IMG/VR virus record: IMGVR_UViG_3300049924_000170
Coordinates: 1-55,571 of that record
Length of the DNA: 55,571 nucleotides
DNA from: a virus
Lineage: Duplodnaviria; Caudoviricetes
Direction: 5' to 3' (one strand)
The notes under the pieces are model-generated. The model did no database searches. It was not told the origin of the DNA and saw only the letters and a program-made list of their open reading frames with translations. A program made the translations under genes and the position numbers. Below, one piece after another: positions 47,650-54,985 of the stretch. Within the stretch, counting starts at the first letter, position 1. Every line of letters starts with the position of its first letter.

Positions 47650-48003
47650 CTATTCTACTATATAGTATTGACCGTTTATTAAGCTGTAAGCTTCTGAATT
47701 AATTGCTACATCTTTAGATACTTTTACAAGCTGTGTACCTATCTTGAGGTCAGGTCTTCTGTCTGAGAAGACTAAAGATGCTGAGTTGTCTGTTAACACT
47801 AATATACTATCTTGATTGAACTTATATGCGATATCTAAAACTAAACTGTAATTTGAAATGTCTGTCATGATTGAAGTCTCTTCAACTCCTTTGTATGCAC
47901 CTTGTATTATTTGTCCGTTAACTAATTTGTTTATAAGTCTGTACATGTTCATTGAAACTTTGTTATTATCAGTGTCCAAGCTAAACATTATTTTGTTTTT
48001 CAT
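47650..48003 (-). CDS. Possible SAM lyase/hydrolase-like early protein
   Basis: QGAYKGVEETS...IAYKFNQDSILV resembles the G.Y.G..E.S / F.Q.SIL motifs of phage SAMases. Confidence 0.45.
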   Translation of the reverse strand: MKNKIMFSLDTDNNKVSMNMYRLINKLVNGQIIQGAYKGVEETSIMTDISNYSLVLDIAYKFNQDSILVLTDNSASLVFSDRRPDLKIGTQLVKVSKDVAINSEAYSLINGQYYIVE

Positions 48004-48070
48004 CTTAACTCCTTGTTATATGCAATTACTTACTTCAACGGTCATACTCACCTATTAAAATTGGTTATTT

Positions 48071-48277
48071 TTAAACTAAATTTATAAATATTGAGTTGGG
48101 TTTGAATCCGTGTTCAGAGCAAAAATCCTTGTCACCTTCCAGGTCAATCGCTTGACTAGAAGTAATAGCAGTTGCTAGCATTACTTCATAAATCAATTCG
48201 CCCTTTACTTGTTCTTCATTTTGAGTTCCAGCATTAATTATTTTTGAACCGTATATTTTAATTTTGTTTGACTTCAT
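48071..48277 (-). CDS. Hypothetical protein
   Basis: AAGGAG RBS, own sigma54-type site. Confidence 0.6.
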   Translation of the reverse strand: MKSNKIKIYGSKIINAGTQNEEQVKGELIYEVMLATAITSSQAIDLEGDKDFCSEHGFKPNSIFINLV

Positions 48278-48311
48278 ATTATCTCCTTAGTTAGTTTGTA
48301 CTTTAATATAC

Positions 48312-48327
48312 TTCAAGTCTTGTGCCG
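48312..48327 (-). promoter_or_regulatory. Sigma54-type promoter (TTGA variant)
   Basis: CGGCACAAGACTTGAA, with conserved upstream element 43 bp away. Confidence 0.6.
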
Positions 48328-48403
48328 ACTCGTAAACAATACATAGTATTTGAAACTGTATTAAGAATGAAAGTGACATTTTTTGTTATACAGTGTAAAA
48401 AGC

Positions 48404-48850
48404 TTAACCAATATTAGATACAAACGGCTTAAAGCTAGCTACATATTCAAACCAGTTTCCTTGCTTATCATAACATTTGTACATGGGATAGTAAGCCGGA
48501 AAGTTATTATTGCCAGCATCATATAATCCTGATAGTGTAAAGTGACTAAAGTCTTTTAATATTTTCAGCTCATTCAATCCTAAAAACACTTCCTGATTGG
48601 AACGCAGCTCACCTTTTTTATTCACTTGAGTCTTAAGTAACCAATCAAGTCCTTTTTTAGAGTGAGACTCTTCTAACTTGCGTTCAAAGCTTGACGCTTT
48701 TTCATCGAACTGATATAAAGTTTCGCGGTCGTGTCTTGACTTATTATTCATAAAAGAACGTAAAGCTATGATATTCTTTTCAGATATATAGTCGTTGCTT
48801 AACATAGTTGAGTATTTTAAAACTAACTTTGGGTTTACTTGTGTGTTCAT
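48404..48850 (-). CDS. Hypothetical protein
   Basis: GAGGGGG RBS. Confidence 0.65.
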   Translation of the reverse strand: MNTQVNPKLVLKYSTMLSNDYISEKNIIALRSFMNNKSRHDRETLYQFDEKASSFERKLEESHSKKGLDWLLKTQVNKKGELRSNQEVFLGLNELKILKDFSHFTLSGLYDAGNNNFPAYYPMYKCYDKQGNWFEYVASFKPFVSNIG

Positions 48851-48851
48851 A

Positions 48852-49445
48852 TTAATATCCCCCTCTTACGTTAGCTTTTAAATTGCGAACAAAATCATTT
48901 TTTAATAGTTTAATAAGTTGACGTTTCATCCCAGCTGGAGTTTTGAACTTTATTTCAAGTTCTAGATTGTCATCACTTGACCGATGATATGGAGTGTTAA
49001 TAACCGATACGTAAAAATCAACGCTAGCAGTTGTGTCACTAGTCATCATGACGCGGGCTTGAAATTGCACAGTTGCGTCATCGCTTTGTCTGTATTCATC
49101 TAAAGATTCATAATCAGATTGAGTCATTTTATAATCAGCGGGTTTATTATTTTCTTCTAACCAAGATTTTAAATCATAATCATAATACTTATTTAAAACC
49201 TTATCTGTATTTTCAAAACCCGTACTTTCAAATTGTGCATGAAATTGACTATCATATGCAATAGCTTCAAATCCCCCACAATTATAAGAATGAGGTATAA
49301 AACTATCACGACGTCTAGACTCAAGTGACTCAATACGGTCGTCACTGAACTCAAGTGATGATAAAAAGTCTTTAATTACTTCAGCATACTGGTCTGCTAA
49401 TTGTTCATTCATTTCTAAGTTTTCTATTTTAATTGCATGGTTCAT
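48852..49445 (-). CDS. Hypothetical protein
   Basis: AGGGGG RBS; first gene of leftward arm. Confidence 0.65.
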   Translation of the reverse strand: MNHAIKIENLEMNEQLADQYAEVIKDFLSSLEFSDDRIESLESRRRDSFIPHSYNCGGFEAIAYDSQFHAQFESTGFENTDKVLNKYYDYDLKSWLEENNKPADYKMTQSDYESLDEYRQSDDATVQFQARVMMTSDTTASVDFYVSVINTPYHRSSDDNLELEIKFKTPAGMKRQLIKLLKNDFVRNLKANVRGGY

Positions 49446-49538
49446 ATGTACCCCCTATGTTAAGTGCAACTCCTCAATGGGTATCTAGTCAAGAAAGAAA
49501 AGTATCGACTGAGTGTGTTGCTGTATACATATCAGTAC

Positions 49539-49554
49539 TTCAACAGTTGTGCCA
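49539..49554 (-). promoter_or_regulatory. Sigma54-type promoter (TTGA variant)
   Basis: TGGCACAACTGTTGAA; same upstream element at the same 43 bp distance as the 48312 site. Confidence 0.65.
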
Positions 49555-49749
49555 CTTTATAAGCTTTATAACCTACTTGAAAGCTTAAAAAGATTAAAAG
49601 TGACATTTTACGCTTTACAGTGACCAAGTCCTAAACAGTATTATCTGCCAAACCTCTTATAACGTCCTAAATTTGGCACGGTTTACCTAATAGGAAGGTG
49701 TATGAGCCTTAAAACTCAAAGCTCCTTATATATAGGAGCAATTTTCTGG

Positions 49750-49872
49750 CGTCTCATTTTGATACGTATTAAACTGATTATCTCAGAGTGGTACGTCTCG
49801 TTCTAAGTCGTCTCATTTTGATACAGTCTACCACGTTCGACTTAAAAACTAACATATATTCGACTTAAAAAC
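49750..49872. repeat. Direct repeats in divergent control region
   Basis: CGTCTCATTTTGATAC at 49750 and 49809; TTCGACTTAAAAAC at 49836 and 49859. Confidence 0.8.
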
Positions 49873-50046
49873 GAAATGCGGTCGCCTAATTTTTTTCCGG
49901 ATTTGGAACTCAAATTTTAGGAAAAGACAATTGACCTGGCAAAATCTAAAAACTGTCTAAAAATATGATTTCTCCCCAGACTTTACAGCAGCTGGTCAAT
50001 TTCTATACAATAACCTGAATTAAAAGGCCTTGTGGTAGAAATGGTC

Positions 50047-50062
50047 TGGCACGCTATCTGCT
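50047..50062 (+). promoter_or_regulatory. Sigma54-type promoter of transglycosylase gene
   Basis: TGGCACGCTATCTGCT, 26 nt before ATG with AAGGAG RBS. Confidence 0.75.
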
Positions 50063-50088
50063 AGACAAAGGTCTAACAAGGAGACCTT

Positions 50089-50592
50089 ATGAATAAACTG
50101 TTATTAATCGCTTTCTTTATCTGGATAGCTTTTACTGCTTACTTTGTAGACCAGTTGAATCGCATACCCTTACAAGTACCTACAGTGCTTCCAGAGCTAG
50201 AGGAACAGGTTGAATCTAGGTCAGACCAGGATAAACTAATAGACAACGTAGCGGCCCAATACGGCTTAGATAAACAGTTATTCCACTGTGTGTTACAGGT
50301 CGAGTCTAATAAACGCCTAGGGGCTGTTAACGAGCTTACTGGCGACTATGGCATTGGGCAGATAAACAGTAAGTCCTGGAAGAAATTTGACACTAACCGC
50401 CTTACAACGGACTTACAGTACTCCTTAAACGCTTCAGCTGAAGTGTTATCATTTTATAAACAGTTAAAGCAGCAGGACGAACCTCGCCAATGGGCCTGCC
50501 GATACAACGTAGGACCTGGACCTTTAACTCAACGTAACCGGGCTTACAACTGCGAGATTTACCTGGAAAAGCTGTCGAGCTGCCTAAAATAG
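50089..50592 (+). CDS. Membrane-anchored lytic transglycosylase (SLT family)
   Basis: N-terminal TM; VES (catalytic Glu), DYGIGQIN and RYN motifs. Confidence 0.85.
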   Translation: MNKLLLIAFFIWIAFTAYFVDQLNRIPLQVPTVLPELEEQVESRSDQDKLIDNVAAQYGLDKQLFHCVLQVESNKRLGAVNELTGDYGIGQINSKSWKKFDTNRLTTDLQYSLNASAEVLSFYKQLKQQDEPRQWACRYNVGPGPLTQRNRAYNCEIYLEKLSSCLK

Positions 50593-50947
50593 TATACCAG
50601 CGTGTACCAGTAGGTGGTATAGTGCTTTCTTTAGTAATTACAATAGCTTGCGCAACTTTATACCACTATACCACCAAAATCAACATTACACGCTATATTT
50701 TGCATACAATATGCGCCATATGCACCACAATGCTTATAAGCACCAAACACGAATTCTGGCTGGGAATATGAAAAACAGTGGTATAGTGGTATAATCTATT
50801 AAATAGTCTATATAGTACTTAAAAGTACTTATAAAGCATCTGGTTACCAAGTCTCCTATAATGCTCATTAATTGTACCACCTCTACTGGTATACTGGTGG
50901 TATACGCGGTACAAAGTTGTACCAGTTGTACCAGTCATTGTACCAGT
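50593..50947. repeat. Iteron cluster, putative replication origin
   Basis: About 13 T(A/G)TACCA heptamers in both orientations; perfect 17-bp inverted repeat 50658-50674 / 50778-50794. Confidence 0.7.
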
Positions 50948-51021
50948 GACTTTTTAGGCTAACAGTTGACTAAACAGTAAGCAATTTAAGTAGTCTAACT
51001 GGTCTTAAAAGCGTTATAAAC

Positions 51022-51037
51022 TGGCCCTCTACTTGCT
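51022..51037 (+). promoter_or_regulatory. Sigma54-type promoter
   Basis: TGGCCCTCTACTTGCT upstream of rightward small-gene cluster. Confidence 0.65.
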
Positions 51038-51076
51038 GTATACAGTTTGTCCCTCATGGCAGCATAAACTTTACTT

Positions 51077-51307
51077 ATGACCACCATAACAAACACTAAC
51101 ACAGGAGCCTACATGTACAGATACATAATTGGAGTTAAGAACGGACCTAAAGATACTCATATAGACATTTCAGCTCATCTAGTAAAAGACGGGACTATCA
51201 CTCTTTTCAATACTAACCGAGACGCCGTAGCCATATACTCTTTAACCACTCTTTTATACATATACATTTCTGAAGCAAGTCATTATCATCAACAGGATGA
51301 AGAATAG
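51077..51307 (+). CDS. Hypothetical protein (start may be 51113)
   Basis: AGGAG RBS precedes internal MYRYII. Confidence 0.55.
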   Translation: MTTITNTNTGAYMYRYIIGVKNGPKDTHIDISAHLVKDGTITLFNTNRDAVAIYSLTTLLYIYISEASHYHQQDEE

Positions 51308-51380
51308 ACTGTTTGGGCCGCGTTAACATTTTTAAACCGACAATAACTTTTTAAACCGGCGTAAATTTTTGGAGGACTTC

Positions 51381-51548
51381 ATGGAAAAAGCATTGGCCTA
51401 CATTATAGCATTAGGCCCTATTATATTTTTGACCGTACTGATTGCAGCAGAATTCCCGACAGAGTTTTTATTCCTTATAGGTATGATTATTGTAGCACCT
51501 TTTTTAATATGGGGATATCATTGGGCGCTTGTCCAAATTGGATGGTAG
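51381..51548 (+). CDS. Small two-TM membrane protein (not in ORF track)
   Basis: GGAGG RBS, MEKALAYIIALG...QIGW*. Confidence 0.6.
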   Translation: MEKALAYIIALGPIIFLTVLIAAEFPTEFLFLIGMIIVAPFLIWGYHWALVQIGW

Positions 51549-51549
51549 T

Positions 51550-51771
51550 ATGATTTTAAAACAGCTCTATATAAACGAACAGCAGGACTACGTACAATCA
51601 GTTACTGGCCTGTCTTTAGATGAACTGGAGAGTATTGTTGGCCGTTACCGTCCATACAGCATCAGAGCCTCCCAATTACGAGGCGAGCTAGTTATATGTC
51701 TTGACAATACTGTTCGCATACGTCATGCTTTTACTAAGAAAGTCCTTTGGACAGGAGAGTTATATGAGTAA
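51550..51771 (+). CDS. Hypothetical protein
   Basis: Probable start MILKQLY. Confidence 0.55.
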   Translation: MILKQLYINEQQDYVQSVTGLSLDELESIVGRYRPYSIRASQLRGELVICLDNTVRIRHAFTKKVLWTGELYE

Positions 51772-52144
51772 TACGAAAAAAGGTTTTTTTAAACCAGAGG
51801 ATTTTTTTTCTAGAACTTTAATACAAGAATACATTGGAAGTCATGTCACTGGTAAATTAGTGAACTGCGAGGATGCCGCTATATTTGCAAACGAAAAGTT
51901 AAACGCCCTTATAGAATCTTGGCCTGTGGTTTATGCCTACATGGGTCCAGCAAGACGCCCCGGTGGAATGTGGATTATTGATGGACAACAAGATGCAGAT
52001 TCTACACACAAAGCCAGACTAGCGTTCATCGAACCCATAGTTAAAGAGCCTTGTAAACATGAGCCAATCGAAAGCGTAATGATAGGACACATTTGCATGC
52101 ACTGCGGAGTTAAATTGCAAGCCACATGGACGGAGAAAAAATGA
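51764..52144 (+). CDS. Hypothetical protein with C-terminal CxH..CxxC Zn ribbon
   Basis: AGGAG RBS before MSNTKK; CKHEP...CMHCG. Confidence 0.6.
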   Translation: MSNTKKGFFKPEDFFSRTLIQEYIGSHVTGKLVNCEDAAIFANEKLNALIESWPVVYAYMGPARRPGGMWIIDGQQDADSTHKARLAFIEPIVKEPCKHEPIESVMIGHICMHCGVKLQATWTEKK

Positions 52145-52467
52145 GCAAGACTAAATTCGAGCAGTTTTGGATAAGACAAAAAGAAACGGATTATGATGGA
52201 TTTTCAGATTGGCGAGTTTTTAAAGAGGGTGTTTGGCTTGAAAATGTCGAAGCTGTTTCTAAATTTATTCATGTCATTGAATACTCGGCCTTTGAAAAGC
52301 TCAAACAGGATAACGCCATACTTATCGAGGCTTTGAAGTTTTATGCAAGTAAGAAGGATTTGTGGATAAGCAATGCTGACAATTGGTCTGATGACATAGA
52401 GGGCCTTTATTATGACGAGGGAAATACAGCCAGAGAAGCGTTAAAGAAAATAGGAGTGAATGAATGA
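52141..52467 (+). CDS. Hypothetical protein
   Basis: ATGA-coupled; ALKFYA...GNTAREAL module. Confidence 0.6.
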   Translation: MSKTKFEQFWIRQKETDYDGFSDWRVFKEGVWLENVEAVSKFIHVIEYSAFEKLKQDNAILIEALKFYASKKDLWISNADNWSDDIEGLYYDEGNTAREALKKIGVNE

Positions 52468-52748
52468 AAACAATTTATATAATTTATAAAAACAAAGAGA
52501 CAAAAAGACTAGAAAAATACAGTACATTTAAATCTGATATAGAGGATTTTTCAGATAAAATATATGAGTTTAACAAAACAAATAAGTGTATGCAAAATGC
52601 TGAGGTTACAGAAAACCCAGACTTGATAGATTTAATTAACATTGCTGAATCAAATAAAAAAATGAAGTTAAGTGATTTAAGAGATATTGAAAATTCCATT
52701 GATAACCTAAGAAATGATTTTTACGCAATTACGGAATATTTAAAATGA
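52464..52748 (+). CDS. Hypothetical protein
   Basis: Coupled ORF, AGGAG RBS. Confidence 0.55.
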   Translation: MKTIYIIYKNKETKRLEKYSTFKSDIEDFSDKIYEFNKTNKCMQNAEVTENPDLIDLINIAESNKKMKLSDLRDIENSIDNLRNDFYAITEYLK

Positions 52749-53089
52749 ACCAAATAAAAGAAAAACTTTTGAAGTTTGATGAGAGTGAATTTACCTTTGA
52801 ATTTTGCGGAAAGAATTTCGGTCTTGGCGTAATTGAAATGTCCTGTCGCAAAGCTGCTAAGTACCAATTCAACAAAGACGCAAAAATTATATCAGCACTT
52901 TTAGAAATTATAGAAATGCAGGATAAGGCTTTAGAGTTTTATGGAGACGAAGCCAGTCTTAATTGGCACTGGAGTAATAAAGCAAGGACGACGACTTCTA
53001 CTACCTATGAAAGTGATAGCGGAGACACGGCCCGTAAAACCCTATCCGAAACAAAACAGAAATTAGAACAGTTAATTAAAGGAGAGTAA
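52745..53089 (+). CDS. Hypothetical protein
   Basis: Coupled; ALEFYG...GDTARKTL module. Confidence 0.6.
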   Translation: MNQIKEKLLKFDESEFTFEFCGKNFGLGVIEMSCRKAAKYQFNKDAKIISALLEIIEMQDKALEFYGDEASLNWHWSNKARTTTSTTYESDSGDTARKTLSETKQKLEQLIKGE

Positions 53090-53090
53090 C

Positions 53091-53303
53091 ATGAAATACA
53101 CATTAATACTAACACTTCTATTATCAGCTTGCTCTAATAATGTAAAAATGATAAAGTATAAAACCGGCAATAACGTTTGCTACGAATATATAGAAACTAC
53201 TGCCTGCGGTGTTCACTTAAGAAAATGTCAATCGCTGTCAATGTCAGGACATATAATTGAAGAAATATTATGCGCTTCAGATGTAAGAAAGGTATTCGAC
53301 TAA
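53091..53303 (+). CDS. Small Cys-rich lipoprotein
   Basis: Lipobox LLSAC, four further Cys. Confidence 0.65.
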   Translation: MKYTLILTLLLSACSNNVKMIKYKTGNNVCYEYIETTACGVHLRKCQSLSMSGHIIEEILCASDVRKVFD

Positions 53304-53304
53304 C

Positions 53305-53529
53305 ATGCAAACAATAGACTATAAATACTTAGCTAAAGTTATAAGAAGTTGTACTACAGAGGCTCATCTAGAAACCGTAGTAGATTGGTATTGCAATTTA
53401 ATGAAAATAACTCCTCCAGCATGTAAATTAAAAAAACTAAAAATACTCCGCGCAGACATAGTGAGGCAAAGAGAATATATAGAAAGATTAAAAAGCATAG
53501 AACACAAGGCAAACACATGCAAACAATAA
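53305..53529 (+). CDS. Hypothetical protein
   Basis: ORF in operon. Confidence 0.55.
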   Translation: MQTIDYKYLAKVIRSCTTEAHLETVVDWYCNLMKITPPACKLKKLKILRADIVRQREYIERLKSIEHKANTCKQ

Positions 53530-53720
53530 TACTCCTCCTAGCACTAAAAGGCACTACTGACTTTCACAAGACCGACATGCCTTGCAAAGACATAACGGCT
53601 ACTTGGTCTAAAGAGACTGAACACGGCATACGTACTGGCAATACGGAATATGTCAGCATCTTTGATACGTATGAAAAACTAGAGGCAGAGCTACACAAAC
53701 ATTGCCCGAAGTACTTTTAA
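53517..53720 (+). CDS. Hypothetical protein
   Basis: Overlapping ORF in operon. Confidence 0.5.
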   Translation: MQTIILLLALKGTTDFHKTDMPCKDITATWSKETEHGIRTGNTEYVSIFDTYEKLEAELHKHCPKYF

Positions 53721-53722
53721 GC

Positions 53723-53751
53723 TTGACAATTCTTACAAACTATGATATAGT
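53723..53751 (+). promoter_or_regulatory. Strong sigma70 promoter
   Basis: TTGACA-N17-TATAGT with extended -10 TG. Confidence 0.75.
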
Positions 53752-53845
53752 TGAGGTAACATGAATACAAATGAATTAATAGCATTTATTACAACAGCAG
53801 TATGTTTAACTATAACTATTTCAATATATAATGTTTGGGGAAGTA

Positions 53846-54082
53846 ATGATTAAACTAACAATGGCTATATTATTATCCCTATTTACTGGTTATCATTTAA
53901 GAGATGCCAGTACATTTTATATAACCACTTGCAATTACGACAAATCAAGCCCCGTATGGTATGATTATAAACTAATGGCCGAAGGTTTTACTTGTCTAGA
54001 TACCAAAGTGTTCGTAGGTGAAGAGTTTAGATGGGATGTAAAATATAAACTAATCAAAATGCAGTTAGGAATTTATGATTAA
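53846..54082 (+). CDS. Hypothetical exported/membrane protein
   Basis: Probable start MIKLTM; hydrophobic N-terminus. Confidence 0.5.
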   Translation: MIKLTMAILLSLFTGYHLRDASTFYITTCNYDKSSPVWYDYKLMAEGFTCLDTKVFVGEEFRWDVKYKLIKMQLGIYD

Positions 54083-54377
54083 TTTTTTCAAATGCTTGTT
54101 TGGCAAACATCCTTACGTTAAATACTACACACCTCGTTTATATAAATCAGATATTGAATATAAATTCTGCACAAGTTGCAAAATATCATATGACTTTAAA
54201 GAGGTAAAACATGATTAATAAAATAGGCCGCAGCATGATAGTCTTCGCATTTGGAGGTTTTACAGGACTACTTTTACATACAGTTTACAGGTACTGCCTA
54301 ATCGAATTGTTTATAGGAACAGTACTGTGTATAATGCTAATATGTGGACATGTGCTATCAAAACCAGAGGAGCCTAA

Positions 54378-54596
54378 ATGATTAAATTTATACTACTAAC
54401 CGCACTAACAGCTTTACTACTACTATCAGGTAACTTACGCGCTTCAAACCTTGGTTGTGTAATTGAAGACCGCATATTATATACGGTAACTGAAAATGAT
54501 GGCTCCATAGTTGTTGCTCGTAATAAAGACAGCAAGAACATTGAACTGGTAGTTATTAGACAGTTAAAAGACGTGACAATACAGGAGTGTAAATGA
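54378..54596 (+). CDS. Small secreted protein
   Basis: GAGGAG RBS; signal-peptide-like N-terminus. Confidence 0.6.
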   Translation: MIKFILLTALTALLLLSGNLRASNLGCVIEDRILYTVTENDGSIVVARNKDSKNIELVVIRQLKDVTIQECK

Positions 54597-54874
54597 ACTT
54601 CGTAGATGCAGCTTCGCACTATATCAACAAAGCACTTAAGCGTATCCAAATAAACTTACGATTATCTATACTAGGACTACCTCCTCAATCTGGTTACGAA
54701 TCTAAACAAGAAGAGCCAAAAATAATGCTTATGTGCATAAAGCCTTATCATTACTCCAATGGAAATACTTGCAGAACTTTTAAATTTGGAGATAAAATAA
54801 TTGTAAAACGCTGGGAACGTACAGACGAATACAGTTTAGATAGAACGTATTTCAAGATAATAAGGAAACAGTAA
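54593..54874 (+). CDS. Hypothetical protein
   Basis: Coupled ORF, AGGAG RBS. Confidence 0.55.
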   Translation: MNFVDAASHYINKALKRIQINLRLSILGLPPQSGYESKQEEPKIMLMCIKPYHYSNGNTCRTFKFGDKIIVKRWERTDEYSLDRTYFKIIRKQ

Positions 54875-54946
54875 CAATTTACGCTAACACTTGACTAACA
54901 GTTAATCACTAACGGACCTTCCAGTCCGTTTTTAGCGTTTTAAGAC

Positions 54947-54962
54947 CGGCATATAGTATGCA
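54947..54962 (+). promoter_or_regulatory. Sigma54-type promoter of the Ala-rich gene/primase operon
   Basis: CGGCATATAGTATGCA, 23 nt before ATG 54986 (GGAGG RBS). Confidence 0.6.
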
Positions 54963-54985
54963 ACAGTTTTAAATATGGAGGCCAT

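Noticed and set aside
49674-49688. TGGCACG at 49674 as a sigma54 promoter
   Set aside because: Good -24 box but no TGC at -12 (TGGCACGGTTTACCT)
50701-50718. TGGCGC...TGCA (-) as a sigma54 site
   Set aside because: Spacing is 2 nt too long; sigma54 spacing is strict
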